A stretch of DNA of 64,000 bases from an uncultured Acidimicrobiia bacterium (GCA_963786955.1 CAWBAT010000005.1:512001-576000), one strand, 5' to 3'; shown: positions 42,031 to 52,943, numbered from the stretch's first letter. Made by a program: numbers and translations. Notes: generated by a model from the letters alone, not told the origin.

Positions 42031-43326
42031 TCAAGGGGCGCTCCGGGATGAAGACGGGATGAAGCTGGTTCTCGGGCGTCCGGGAGCAGGGCATTGAGTG
42101 AGCGCAGCACGGTGTAGCCAGTGCCTGGATGAATTAAGCATAACTCCCGCCGGCCGACTGATTCCTCTCACTCCGTTCCTTTGTGATCCGCTCCAGGTAG
42201 CCGCTTTGGCGAAACGCTTCAGCGGGTTTTCAGCCAGGCCTCTGGCCTTCCGCCACTCACGCAGATAAGGTCGCACGTCGGTCTGATAAGCTGACTTCAG
42301 GCATTCTTCAGCATCGATTAAAGAGCAGGAATCTTGATGCCGGCTCAACGTTGCGTGTTCGACCAGAGCGGCCTTAGCGTAGAGGTCTTGGGCCGTTCCG
42401 ACGGTTTGAATCATTTCTTCGATCTTGTTTTTCAAATTATGGCTTTGATCGATCATGTAAGCAATTTCCACTCCCTCTCCGGTCTCCCATTCAAAAAAAG
42501 CAATCTCATGAAAGATGCGGAAGATCTGATAAGGGTCGATTGAGCCAATGGTCAAATCATCATCTGCATAGCGGCGGTCGTTGAAATGGAATCCGCCTAA
42601 TATTTTCTCACTGAGCAACCAGGCAACGATTTGTTCTATATTCTGGGCCTGATAATGGTGTCCCGTATCCACCAGAACTTTGGCTTGTGGTCCGGCCGCT
42701 CGAGCCAATAACACCGCCATTCCCCAGTCAGCAATATCGGTGTGATAAAAGGCAGGCTCAAAAGGCTTATACTCAACCAGTAGACGTTGTTCCGAAGAAA
42801 GATGGGTGTGCGCCATCCTCAGCCCTTCTTCAAACCAGGTCTTGCGAAGGCGGATATTGGCGGTGCCCGGATAATTCGAACCGTCGCCAAACCATAAGGA
42901 CACGTCGCGACTTCGTACCTGCTTCCCAATTTCAATGCTCTCCAAGAGATGATCGAGCGCTGCTTGGCGTACCATGGCATCTGGATTTCCCAATGATCCG
43001 TATTTGTAGATTTGATCTTGGAATACATTCGGGTTGATCGCTCCGATTCTGACCCCGTATTTTCTGGCCAGAGCTTGGGCTTGCGGGATGCTCTTGAGAC
43101 CATCCGGAAAATCCCAGAGCACATGGACCGCTACCGAGGGACAACACCCCGTGAAGGAATGCACCTGGCCGGCATCACTGAGCTTTTCATCGATCGAGCT
43201 GGCCGCCGCTGCCTGGATGAATTTTCCAAAGCGTGTCCCTGTATTCGCAAATCCCCAGGATGGGATTTCAATGCAAAAAGCGTCCAGTGCCTTGAAAACT
43301 TTCTGAGCGTCTGAATTGGCAGACAT
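42031..43326 (-). CDS. rhaI: L-rhamnose isomerase (RhaI type); probable -1 indel near the 3' end
   Basis: IEIPSWGFANTGTRF, INPNVFQD, DGSNYPG, EYKPFEP, VDTGHH, FHFNDR.YADDD, DQSHN. Restoring one G at ~42220 gives PLEAFRQSGYLERI...YA* ending at 42134. Confidence 0.88.
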   Translation of the reverse strand: MSANSDAQKVFKALDAFCIEIPSWGFANTGTRFGKFIQAAAASSIDEKLSDAGQVHSFTGCCPSVAVHVLWDFPDGLKSIPQAQALARKYGVRIGAINPNVFQDQIYKYGSLGNPDAMVRQAALDHLLESIEIGKQVRSRDVSLWFGDGSNYPGTANIRLRKTWFEEGLRMAHTHLSSEQRLLVEYKPFEPAFYHTDIADWGMAVLLARAAGPQAKVLVDTGHHYQAQNIEQIVAWLLSEKILGGFHFNDRRYADDDLTIGSIDPYQIFRIFHEIAFFEWETGEGVEIAYMIDQSHNLKNKIEEMIQTVGTAQDLYAKAALVEHATLSRHQDSCSLIDAEECLKSAYQTDVRPYLREWRKARGLAENPLKRFAKAATWSGSQRNGVRGISRPAGVMLNSSRHWLHRAALTQCPAPGRPRTSFIPSSSRSAP

Positions 43327-43355
43327 GGTCCTTCCTCCTTTATACATTCCGCCCC

Positions 43356-43384
43356 AATTTACTGAGATGCAACAGGCACGTCAA
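43356..43384 (-). promoter_or_regulatory. Candidate sigma70 promoter for the rhamnose operon
   Basis: TTGACG-N17-TAAATT, 30 bp upstream of rhaI. Confidence 0.45.
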
Positions 43385-43415
43385 GAAACGGGTTTTTTTA
43401 GTTACCGAATCGGTT

Positions 43416-43503
43416 GTAGGGAACGCTCGCCCCAGCGTTCCAGGTTGTAAAATTCAAACAGTTTCGGCACTCAACGAGGAACGGAACAGATTCCGTTCCC
43501 TAC
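43416..43503. repeat. GTAG-type REPIN-like element (GTAGGGAACG...CGTTCCCTAC)
   Basis: Terminal inverted repeat with internal hairpins; homologous to 5497-5596. Confidence 0.7.
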
Positions 43504-43557
43504 AGAGTTCCCAATTGGTTCACACTATCGGTGGAAAAAATTTGTGAGAATTGCCAT

Positions 43558-45171
43558 TCATCTGTTCTTTGGCTCAACTTCTTTCTCCTTTTGAATTCGG
43601 ACCACGAGATCCTGCTCAAAAGCAGGCAATGAGATCTGAATACGACCTTGGCTCTCCATTCGCTGGACCGGTGAATACAAGCCTGATACAGGCGAATAGA
43701 GACGGATACTATAGAGACCCGCAGGGAGTGGGAGGCGCAAGGAGGTCACGACTGGCTGCCCGGCTTGATCCTCGGCGAGTTCTCTTCCGTCCGCCAGGTA
43801 AATCAATTTCTCGTCATTCGGGAGTTCGAGAACCGATTCGACGAGGTCTTTGGATTCAACCTCCAACCCGTTACGGAGTGGTTTTGAGTGAATAAAATCG
43901 ACGCTCTCGAAAAAAGTGGAGAGATGCTTCATCCAAGTGCGAATCTTCTGCTGAGAATCTTCCGTCCCCGACTCTTGGCCTGCGGTGATCGAAAAGTCGA
44001 TATAATCATAGTGAGCTGCGCTAAAAAGCACCGTCCAGGCGCGTTTGCGATGGATGATCCAACCCTCATTGTCGCGATACAGGCTGGCAGCGTTATCTTC
44101 ATCCATGACAACTGGCTTGTTGCGGGGGTACGTAGCCAGACAATAATCACGGAGATCTCTCAGTCTTAATTCCTTCGACATGAAGTTTCCCATTTGATAG
44201 GACCGCTGGTAAAACGTGTCCGGCAAGGGGTGCACGTTAACGCCGTTGAAAAATTCCATCACAAAGCTATCCTCGGTCATTTGATGGAATTGAGGCGTAT
44301 AGCTGAAGGCCTGGGTGCCAAAAATGAGGTGATGGTTCTGGAGTTTGGCCATTTCTTCTTGAATCACTTCGGCGAGGGCCGCCTGCCATTCATCCACGGC
44401 TTGGACAGGGCTGTGCCCTTCCACTCCGCCGCCAGGTTCATTGCAGATTTCGTAGTAGATATTGTCGTAACGGTTGGTTTCCCGGACGACCTTCCGTACA
44501 AACGCGACCTGCCGCTGAAAAAGTTCAGCGGATTTGGAGGTAGTGTACTCCTGCCACTCGATGGCGGGGAGTCCGTTCACGTTGTTTTCGGAGCGCAACG
44601 GATTTAATGCCCAGATGCGATCGGAATAGGTATTACTAAAAAGGGTTACCTCCACAAGGATTCCCAGTTCTGACGCGCGGCTGAGAAAACGGTGCAGCCG
44701 CTCAAAATACACCGGGTTCCATTGGTCCAGGTCAAACTTGGGTTCTCCATCCAAAGCCTTGCCCGGCCCGCTTCTTAAATAAGGTGAAACAAAGTCGGGC
44801 GATTCAGGTTTCAAGGGTGAGTTGGGGTTGCGGGCACTCTGGAGCTCTCGAAACAAAAGAAACAGCCGGGTGAGCGTCATTCGCTTGTCCGCGGCTTCTT
44901 CCAAATAACGTTCAAAATTAAAACGGGAGTTGATGACCGAACCGTAATGTTCGGTCGCGGTGATCAGGACCACAGGCTTCCCGCGGAAGAGAAAATACTT
45001 AGGATTCTCGGGATGGATCGTAAACGGAGGACTGGCAGGAGCAGATTTGAAATGAGCCGGGATGAAAGGCACCAGGAATAAAACGAGGAAAACGATCGCG
45101 AGACCGCAGCGACCATAGTTTTTTGCGAGACGGTTCATAGGCAGGATCAGCAAGAGGAGTGGGGGCACCAC
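43558..45171 (-). CDS. Clan GH-A (GH5-like) TIM-barrel glycoside hydrolase
   Basis: IHPENPKYFLFRGKP, FDLDQWNP.YFERL, YYEICNEP acid/base motif, KPVVMDE nucleophile region; start probably 45138. Confidence 0.7.
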   Translation of the reverse strand: MVPPLLLLILPMNRLAKNYGRCGLAIVFLVLFLVPFIPAHFKSAPASPPFTIHPENPKYFLFRGKPVVLITATEHYGSVINSRFNFERYLEEAADKRMTLTRLFLLFRELQSARNPNSPLKPESPDFVSPYLRSGPGKALDGEPKFDLDQWNPVYFERLHRFLSRASELGILVEVTLFSNTYSDRIWALNPLRSENNVNGLPAIEWQEYTTSKSAELFQRQVAFVRKVVRETNRYDNIYYEICNEPGGGVEGHSPVQAVDEWQAALAEVIQEEMAKLQNHHLIFGTQAFSYTPQFHQMTEDSFVMEFFNGVNVHPLPDTFYQRSYQMGNFMSKELRLRDLRDYCLATYPRNKPVVMDEDNAASLYRDNEGWIIHRKRAWTVLFSAAHYDYIDFSITAGQESGTEDSQQKIRTWMKHLSTFFESVDFIHSKPLRNGLEVESKDLVESVLELPNDEKLIYLADGRELAEDQAGQPVVTSLRLPLPAGLYSIRLYSPVSGLYSPVQRMESQGRIQISLPAFEQDLVVRIQKEKEVEPKNR

Positions 45172-45185
45172 TCCGTCGGCACAGG

Positions 45186-46577
45186 CTACTCCTTGTGTGC
45201 ACTATCAAGATAGGCACTGGCAAATCCAAGCACAACCAGCGGCACGAAATGAACCAACAACCGACTAAAAGAAGTCTTCAAATGCCAGGCCACGTCATTG
45301 AAAGTAATAAAGTAGACGGATGTATAGAAGGAGAATGTCATAGCCGTTGCCAAGAAAATAAACTTTTGGTCACTCTGGAGGATTCTTTTGAAACGGAAGA
45401 GGAATAGTCCCAATGCGGCTAACCAGAGCAGGTTCCAGCTCTTGAGGTTAAAGAACTGGGCTTGGTAATGATAGAGAATCGTTTTCATTCTCATTACAGT
45501 TTCCCACTGAACCACACGTTCGACACTCAACTCATGGATGTAGTCGTTTTGGGCTTTCATCGACAAACGAAACACCAGCCAAGGCATCAGAACTGTAGAA
45601 AAAACTCCGATATAGATCAATACCTGCCTCCAGCCATGCGGACGGTCCACGGACCTTTCTCTATTGACCGCCCACACTAGGACAACCAGGTTCACCAGGC
45701 ATAGGACCATTCCTTCGCTTTTAGTAAGTCCCGCCATCCCGGTGAGCAGTGCCGACAACCCAAGAAACAAGTCGTTTTGTTGCCGGATCCACAAGAACAA
45801 ATAGAAAAATCCCGCCCCAAAGTAAGTGGCAATCAAGATGTCCGCATACGCGTTCGTAGCGCTAAACACAAAGTGGGGGATACTCACGAGGACAAATGCA
45901 AACGCCAGACCAGCGGTCCGATTGAGAGTCATTCTTCTCAGGCTGGCATAGAAGGCAGTGACGCAGGCAGTAAGAGAAAGCGGAAAAATCCATTTCACCG
46001 CGAAATCATTGACATGACCAAGCAAGAAATAAACGTAACTTTCAGCCAGAGGCAGGAGTAAGGGGTAATCCGCGTGTACTGTGGCATATTCACGATTGGT
46101 CAGAAAACTCAATGGGATCCCTTTGGCGAGGTAGATGGCCTTAGCCTTGAGGCCCCAGTTGGTCACCGCATCAAAATCTTCCATGGGCAAAAGCAAAGCT
46201 CTTGTGAAAGCAAAGCCAAGCTCCAACCCAATTCCCGTCAACAAGAGGATGTCAACTTTAGACCAGCGCTCTTTTAACCAGGGGCTCTGACTCTGGAGCT
46301 TGGCCTTTAAGTGTTTTTTCCTTCGGATATGAACTGCACTGAGAAAGATACTCGCACCCAGGAGTGGGGTCAGAAGCCACAAGGGACTGAACGGCTTCCC
46401 TAGCAACTGGAGAACCATCATCTCCCAGGCTACGATGCCCAGCCCAAATAGATAGGCAAGAGGCAATTTTTCGAGAACGGTTAAGACTCGTTGGCAATCT
46501 AAGACTTCAATGAAGCCCCATGCCAACACAGATGGAAAAATCAAAATGAGGAGTCCTAGCAGGTACTCAATCATCAT
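45186..46577 (-). CDS. GT-C fold membrane glycosyltransferase (ArnT/GT39-like)
   Basis: About 12 TM segments; FDAVTNWGLKAK, HADYPLLLP, TKSEG motifs. Confidence 0.65.
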   Translation of the reverse strand: MMIEYLLGLLILIFPSVLAWGFIEVLDCQRVLTVLEKLPLAYLFGLGIVAWEMMVLQLLGKPFSPLWLLTPLLGASIFLSAVHIRRKKHLKAKLQSQSPWLKERWSKVDILLLTGIGLELGFAFTRALLLPMEDFDAVTNWGLKAKAIYLAKGIPLSFLTNREYATVHADYPLLLPLAESYVYFLLGHVNDFAVKWIFPLSLTACVTAFYASLRRMTLNRTAGLAFAFVLVSIPHFVFSATNAYADILIATYFGAGFFYLFLWIRQQNDLFLGLSALLTGMAGLTKSEGMVLCLVNLVVLVWAVNRERSVDRPHGWRQVLIYIGVFSTVLMPWLVFRLSMKAQNDYIHELSVERVVQWETVMRMKTILYHYQAQFFNLKSWNLLWLAALGLFLFRFKRILQSDQKFIFLATAMTFSFYTSVYFITFNDVAWHLKTSFSRLLVHFVPLVVLGFASAYLDSAHKE

Positions 46578-46999
46578 GGTGTGCGTGATTGTACCTTTAG
46601 GATAAAGCTATCTTCGTCTAAGAAAGCAGAACGTGCAAAATGATCAGCCTGGAACTGAGGTTGTTTGTAAACCAGGAGGTATTCTGGCTCCCCACTCAAG
46701 AGACAGGGATAGAGATCATAGACGGATCGAGCAAAATCCAGGCTTAGAGATTCCAGTCCTACCAGGCGATAGCGAGACCCAGCCGGGAGTTGCGACTTGC
46801 AGAATTTCAGGAAGCGGTATAAATCTTTTCCATAAACCGCCTCTTGTCGTTCCTCAAAACTGAGGGGAAGAAGTCGAAGGTTTTGGGTGAACTCGGATTT
46901 CCCAATGAAGAAAGGCCTCACGCAGAAAAATCCCCAGATGCCAATCCAGAGAAAAAAGATCCATCGGAACTGATTCTGGGTGATCAATCGTTTCGCCAC
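46574..46999 (-). CDS. Hypothetical membrane-anchored protein
   Basis: N-terminal TM segment; 4-bp overlap with the downstream gene. Confidence 0.65.
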   Translation of the reverse strand: MAKRLITQNQFRWIFFLWIGIWGFFCVRPFFIGKSEFTQNLRLLPLSFEERQEAVYGKDLYRFLKFCKSQLPAGSRYRLVGLESLSLDFARSVYDLYPCLLSGEPEYLLVYKQPQFQADHFARSAFLDEDSFILKVQSRTP

Positions 47000-47061
47000 T
47001 ATGTGAGGGGCAAGAATCTCTCATTCAAAACCCATTCAGAGAAAACCCTTCCTGCCTGCCC

Positions 47062-49819
47062 TCATTCCTCCGAAAGTTGAAAAATGTAATGGCCTGATCC
47101 CATACCCACGACGAAAGAATTTGGAGTCTCTTTTGCCCCGGAGACCCCCGCCACACCTGGCAGATACTGTCCATTCTGCCAAAGGACTTTGCCACTCTCC
47201 CGGATCCAATACTTTTGAAGGTCCAGTTTGGGAATCACGATTTCTGCTTCACTGTTGACTGGGATTTGAACCTCGAGCGTGAAGGTCTTCTCAACTTGCG
47301 AGCGTTTCCAGGAGGATACGACCATGCCTCGGATCGTTTCGGTCGAACCCGCCACATAAGTCAGGTCACGGAAAACTTGCGGTTCTATTCGGATGGTCTT
47401 GTACCCTGCAGTATCCTTGCCCAGATTAATCCCCGCCAGCGTTCGATACAGATACAACCCCACACTTCCAAACATAGGGTGGTTGTGGGAGTTCATCGAC
47501 GGCCCGGTCTTATTCTGCCAGAGTTCCCAAAGCGTGGTCGCCCCATTCTTAATCATGTACCCCCAACTGGGATAGGTGGTCTGAGCCGCAAGATCATAAG
47601 CCAGGTCAGCGCGGTTGATGCGGGGCAATAACTCCATCAGGTACTTGATTCCGATGAACCCGGTGGTGACATGAGTGTCTTGTTTGTAGATGATGTCGCG
47701 AGTCAGGTTTTGCTGGACCGGCTCACGCTCCTTCTCAGGCACCAAGTCTAAATATAATGCGAGCGTGTTGGCAGTCTGCGTGCCATTGGCATAACTCCGG
47801 GTCTCCGGATTATAGAATTGTTTGTGGAAGGCCTCTTTAATCTGAGCCGCGCGTTGAGCATATGTTTCGGCGTCGGCGGTTTTCCCTAAAATCCGGGCGA
47901 TCTTGGCGACAAGGTCCGTGTCGTAGTAATAATAAAAGGTAGAGACCAAGCTTCCAGTGGTTTTCTCTACGGCCACCCAGTCCGCATAGTAGAAGTATTT
48001 CAAAATCCCGTCTTCGCTGGCGCCGTGCAGAAAATCGGCATACTTTTTCAACCCTTCATAGTTCTCTTCCAAAATTCGTTTGTCCCCATAGTTCTCCCAC
48101 AAGTACCAGCAAAGAAGCGGGTAAGCCGTACCCCAAGCCGGATCGGCTGGGCGCGATCCCCAAATATGAGGAACCGTGTCGGTTACTCTGCCCTGCTCAT
48201 CCTGAATGTCGTGGATATTCCGGACAAAATTCGTATAAAAAGCCGCCATGTCAAAATTCAGAATCGCCTCTTCCGCAGTCACCTGGGCATCACCCATCCA
48301 CCCTTGGCGTTCATCTCGTTGCGAACAGTCGGTGGGAATACTGTGCAGATTAGTTTTTTGGCCCCACGTGACGATCCGCTGAATCTGATTCAGAATCGGC
48401 TTGGAGCAGGAGAAACTGCCAATGGACCGGACCGCTGTATGCACGACTTTGCCGCGAACCGCTGTAATCGTCGGGACGCCCGGGAAACCGGTCAGCTCGA
48501 CGTAACGGAACCCGTGATAAGTAAAATGAGGCTGATAGACTTCTTCCCCTTCGCCCTTTAAAATATAGGAGTCCGTCGCCAAGGCCTTTCGCAGATTTTC
48601 GGTATTGAGTGTGCCATTCTCGTAGAGCAGTTCCGCATGCCGAATCCGGACTTGCGCCCCTCGAGGTCCCTGCACACGCAGTTCGATCCAGCCACTGAAA
48701 TTTTGTCCCATATCGAACACATAAACACCGGGTTGAGGGTTCGTCATCTCGAGTGGAATGATCGTGTCCACGACCTGGATGGCCGGCATGAGCTGTGCCG
48801 ACAGGATCCCCCCGGGGGCCTTGGCCTGCCCGGCAGCGACCCACTGGCTGTCATCAAAACCAGTCTTGTCCCAGCCGGGCAATTCACGGCGGGCATCATA
48901 AGTCTCGCCGTTGTAAATATTGTTAAATAGAATCGGCCCATCCATGCCCTTCCAGGACCCGTCACTCACGACACTGATCTGTTTGCCCCCTTCCATTTCT
49001 ATGTTCAATTGAAAACGGAAGATGCTGCAATTTTCGCACTTCCATCTGACCGGGTAACCATCGGCATAAGCTTGGTACCAACCCTGGCCTAACATCACTC
49101 CCAGAGCATTATTCCCCGGCTGGAGCAGTGAGGTCACATCATAAGTGCTATATAGGACTCTCTTGGGATACGTTGTCCAGCCTGGGTCCAGCACATGATC
49201 CCCAACCCGTCGGCCATTCATGTGGAGCTCGTAATAACCCAGCCCGGAGACGTAGGCGCGGGCACGCACAACCTTTCCAGAGCAGGGTAAATTCCTTTCG
49301 CAGCTGATTCTTTCCTTGGATCCATGAGCCTTTCCAATCATCCGGTGAAAACAATCCCGTATCAAAGCGGGTCCCCTGACTGTACGGGCTCGCCGTCCCT
49401 TTCGTGTCCCAGTAGCGGACCTTCCAGTAATACGTTTGGCCGCTCATCAGGGCTTTGCCTTGATACTCAACCTGGGAAGACTCATCAGACAAGATCTTTC
49501 CACTGTCCCATTGATCACCCGTTTGAGCTTCCGAAGACTTTGAAACGAGAACTTGATAAGCGGATTGCTTCTGTCCGCGTTCCATATGGTCCAAGGTCCA
49601 GGAAAAACGGGGTTGTTGGACATCAACGCCGAGGGGGTTGGTCAGATATTCACAGCGCAAGTTCGAAGGAGGCATGGGGCCACTCAAAGCTGTTTCTGCC
49701 TGAACACTTCGCGTTAGCTGCGCAGCCAGGAAGAGAGTCGATAGCCCGAGACAAACAATAGGCTTCCAATAAATCAACCGATATTGACTGAGAGATGAGA
49801 AGTTTCTGAAGAAATACAC
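47062..49819 (-). pseudogene. Alpha-L-rhamnosidase GH78 split by a +1 frameshift (ORFs 49148..49819 and 47062..49365)
   Basis: LRCEYLTNPLGVD and LRKEF in the first ORF; ARAYVSGLGYYE, PTDCSQRDERQGWMGD, GATTLWE, SHNHPMFG in the second; extra base at ~49280-49284. Confidence 0.9.
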
Positions 49820-49902
49820 GTGCCCCTCCTTGAGAAAAGATCAAAAGGTCGGAAGAAGAATCCAGCTGAGATCGGGGTCTCGCATTTCCATTTCCGGGAA
49901 AG

Positions 49903-50688
49903 TTAGTCTCTCCAAACATCCGGATTCAGCGGTTTCCCGAGGCCTTGCTGCATTTCAGTGATCCCACGGATGATCAATCCTGCATCAGCAGCCAGCCCAA
50001 TCATGCGAAACCCTTGTTCAATTCTCCTCTGCCCGTTTGCCAGGTCCGTGGCCATGATCCCGCAGGCATAGCCTCGCCCTAAGATCTTGTCTTTAACGCG
50101 AATAATCTCCTCGGCGATGCCCGGCCCTTCCCATTGGCCGGGATATCCGGCGGAGGCAGAATAGTCTGCAGGACCAAAGAAAAAGGCGTCTACTCCGGGA
50201 ACATCCATAATGGAGTCAATATTGCGTCCCGCTTCGAGCCGCTCAATTAAGGGGATGACAAGGGTGTTTTCATTTCCCGTAGCAGCAAAAGCGAGATTCT
50301 TCCCCCACGCCGTGGCTCTCTCGCCGCCTATTCCCCGGATTCCTCTGGGTGGGTATTTGGCGAAGCTGACTGCTAGCTCCACTTCTTCCGCCGTTCGAAT
50401 TTGAGGAATGATGATGCCATCAGCACCCAGATCCAGGATGCGTTTAATGACTCCTTGCTCAATCTCTTGAATTCTCACGAGTCCAATAGTCTCACTTCCC
50501 CGCAGCGCTCGGAGATGTTCCAAGACCTCTTTGTAATCCAAATGGCCATGCTCCGTGTCGATCACAACCCAGTCCAGTTTCATCCGGGCTGCAATTTCTG
50601 TGATCGTGGGGGACTCCAAAGTTACAAAGAGCCCTAGCTGCGCTTCGGAGGTTTTGAGCTTTTGTTTGAAGTTTGTCTTAGGGGACAT
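49903..50688 (-). CDS. HpcH/HpaI family aldolase
   Basis: DWVVIDTEHG, LDLGADG, YPPRGIRG, LIE, FFGPADY. Confidence 0.9.
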   Translation of the reverse strand: MSPKTNFKQKLKTSEAQLGLFVTLESPTITEIAARMKLDWVVIDTEHGHLDYKEVLEHLRALRGSETIGLVRIQEIEQGVIKRILDLGADGIIIPQIRTAEEVELAVSFAKYPPRGIRGIGGERATAWGKNLAFAATGNENTLVIPLIERLEAGRNIDSIMDVPGVDAFFFGPADYSASAGYPGQWEGPGIAEEIIRVKDKILGRGYACGIMATDLANGQRRIEQGFRMIGLAADAGLIIRGITEMQQGLGKPLNPDVWRD

Positions 50689-50737
50689 AAGGGATCAATC
50701 CTTTGTCTCTTTCCTGAGTTCCGTTGAACAAGTGCAC

Positions 50738-50767
50738 ACTATATGGAGAATCAAGACCCGCCGTCAA
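50738..50767 (-). promoter_or_regulatory. Candidate sigma70 promoter
   Basis: TTGACG-N18-TATAGT upstream of the aldolase. Confidence 0.4.
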
Positions 50768-51039
50768 CCCTAGAGACATTGAAGCAGCCACGGATTGACT
50801 CAAACGCCATAATTTGGTAGAAACACACATAGTAGGTTCCACTACAAGGAGAAATCGCTGCAGTTGCTGTGCCTGTAATCGCGTCAATCGCTATTTACGG
50901 GGACTGAGGGAGAACTTGGCGGCATCTCTAGATGGAACTCGCTTCAAACCATGCGTCCGAGATCAGAACCGGTGTCCAATGCTTGCTGTTTTTGAAGGCA
51001 AGCGAAGTGTAGGATGACTCTCACCGCGGATCTAGGGCC

Positions 51040-52287
51040 ATGGAAGCAAACCCTCATTTCATGGAGAGAACTCTTATGAAGCCAACGCAGACGAAGCTTA
51101 TCCTGGCGTTTTTCGGAATTGCGTTCTTAGTCACAATTGCTCTGGCACAGACGCAAACCCGTTCCGTTCTGGGAAAGATTGACTTCATCGTGCTATATGA
51201 CGCGGCCCCGGCCGTACCAGCATCGGCTGCGGAAGCAGGCAAGCGGGCCTACGGCGCCCACATTAACGAGCCGAGTCAACAGGTTGAACTCGAGGTGTTC
51301 TATGCTCCGTTCAACCAGAAGGTGGCGGCCGCGCGCGACGTGATCAAGGACGCCGTAGCGAACCGGGCGAAAAACCAAGAGGCGTTAACGCAGCGCTCTA
51401 TGGCGCAGGCGAATGCCAGTCCCCTCATCAGTAGAATGGGTGGAATAGAGAAAATGAGCCAGATGTCTGAGGAAGAGTTGAAGCAAGCCGCCGCCCAGGC
51501 GGCCGGAAGCTATACGCAGAGCCTCTCGGGCGCTCCCACCAACGCTCCTGGCGGCGGCATGCAGGCCATGATGCAGCGGCTGTTGAGTGATCCCGCCTAT
51601 CAGGCGCGCTTCGAAAAGATGAGCAAGGCAGAACAGGAAGCCGAGCTGCAAAAATACATGGGCACGGCACAGGCGCCGCCTCCACCGGTAGGAGAGACGG
51701 CAGCGGAGCGACAGGCGAAAAAAGGCGTCGTGGAAACCAAGGCGGCCATGGCCAGGCAGAAGGAGCTTAGTGCGATCATGCAGCGTTTGGGAGAAATTGA
51801 CATGGAAATTAGCAATAAGGATAAGGCGATCCTGGCTACGCCGGGTGGCTATGACGAGATTAATAAGGACGTCAGGGCCAGAATGGCAAAAGTGCCTATG
51901 ATCACGGGAGGTGAAGTGACTTTCCCAGATCCAGCCAAGATGCAACCATTACAGCGAGAGCTCGTTACCCGCGAGCGCGCCCGTGCAACCTGGGAACTCC
52001 AGCAAAGAACCTCGCTCTACGCCGAGCGTAAGGCCAAATACAAAGAGGTGGCCACTGCTTACGTGACCTGGCTCAGGCAAAACGTGGGAACAGTCAATAG
52101 CAATCAAACTGCCCAGCTGCTGGACGACGGCACTATGGAGATTGCCGTGATGTGTGAAGACGAGCTCATCAAAGCCGCGGAGAATTTGGGAAAGTACTCT
52201 TCTGAGATAACCTATCTTGCCGCTGTGTACGAAAGCTCCTACCAGAAAACTATGAGCGAGCCGTTGGTTAAATCGTTGTCTAAGTGA
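51040..52287 (+). CDS. Secreted alpha-helical hypothetical protein
   Basis: Signal peptide ending ALA; Ala/Gln/Met-rich coiled-coil; start probably 51076 after GGAGAG. Confidence 0.75.
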   Translation: MEANPHFMERTLMKPTQTKLILAFFGIAFLVTIALAQTQTRSVLGKIDFIVLYDAAPAVPASAAEAGKRAYGAHINEPSQQVELEVFYAPFNQKVAAARDVIKDAVANRAKNQEALTQRSMAQANASPLISRMGGIEKMSQMSEEELKQAAAQAAGSYTQSLSGAPTNAPGGGMQAMMQRLLSDPAYQARFEKMSKAEQEAELQKYMGTAQAPPPPVGETAAERQAKKGVVETKAAMARQKELSAIMQRLGEIDMEISNKDKAILATPGGYDEINKDVRARMAKVPMITGGEVTFPDPAKMQPLQRELVTRERARATWELQQRTSLYAERKAKYKEVATAYVTWLRQNVGTVNSNQTAQLLDDGTMEIAVMCEDELIKAAENLGKYSSEITYLAAVYESSYQKTMSEPLVKSLSK

Positions 52288-52412
52288 ATGTGAATGCCTG
52301 GCTCTCAACCCAAGTGGCACCCTGGGGCTTGGTGAAGTCCTGCTGAAAGGCCGGATTAACGGTGTCTCGTGAATATCAGGCGCGTTCTCGGACACCCGAC
52401 CCTTGCGACAGC

Positions 52413-52684
52413 GTCGATGACAGGCTTCCGGCATCCATAGGGACGAACCGCCGGAGCCGTGAATCTGCGGCCCACCCCCATGACGATCTTCATGGCTCCC
52501 CACTTTTGCATGCGGGCCGACCACAAAAGCTCACTCCCTCGGCAAGTACCGCCTCGGCCTTGCTCTGGTACGCCAGATTGCGCAGCATCACGGGGGAGTC
52601 GTACGCTGCCTCCAGCGAGAAGGCGGAGGAACTTCCTTTGAAGTAGAACTTAGAGGCAGCTCTGCCCACGTAGAAACCAGATAG
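52413..52684 (+). pseudogene. Decayed sensor histidine kinase C-terminus (HATPase_c)
   Basis: Frame from 52541 reads GKYRLGLALVRQIAQHHGGVVRCLQREGGGTSFEVEL (G2 box to end); a frameshifted VDDR..PGI-like G1 box lies at ~52413. Confidence 0.7.
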
Positions 52685-52943
52685 ATCAGAATGATCGAGG
52701 CGTGTCGGCTCCCCCGGACCAGGAATCAGTATCATTTTAACCATGGAAGGATAAACCCATGAAGATGAGTCGGCTTGAAAAAATCTTCGTCAATTGACTC
52801 CCATTTGATTTTCACGCACCATACCCTCGTTTCAAGAAAGAGTCAGGCAACTTCGAATGCAGCCTAACTCCCTTTTGCAGAATTCCTTTTCATAAAACAA
52901 TTGTTGCGACTGGAAATGATTTCCGTTTGGAGAAGAAGACAAA

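Noticed and set aside
52490-52744. 84-aa minus-strand ORF
   Set aside because: Antisense to the histidine kinase remnant, which explains its protein-like look
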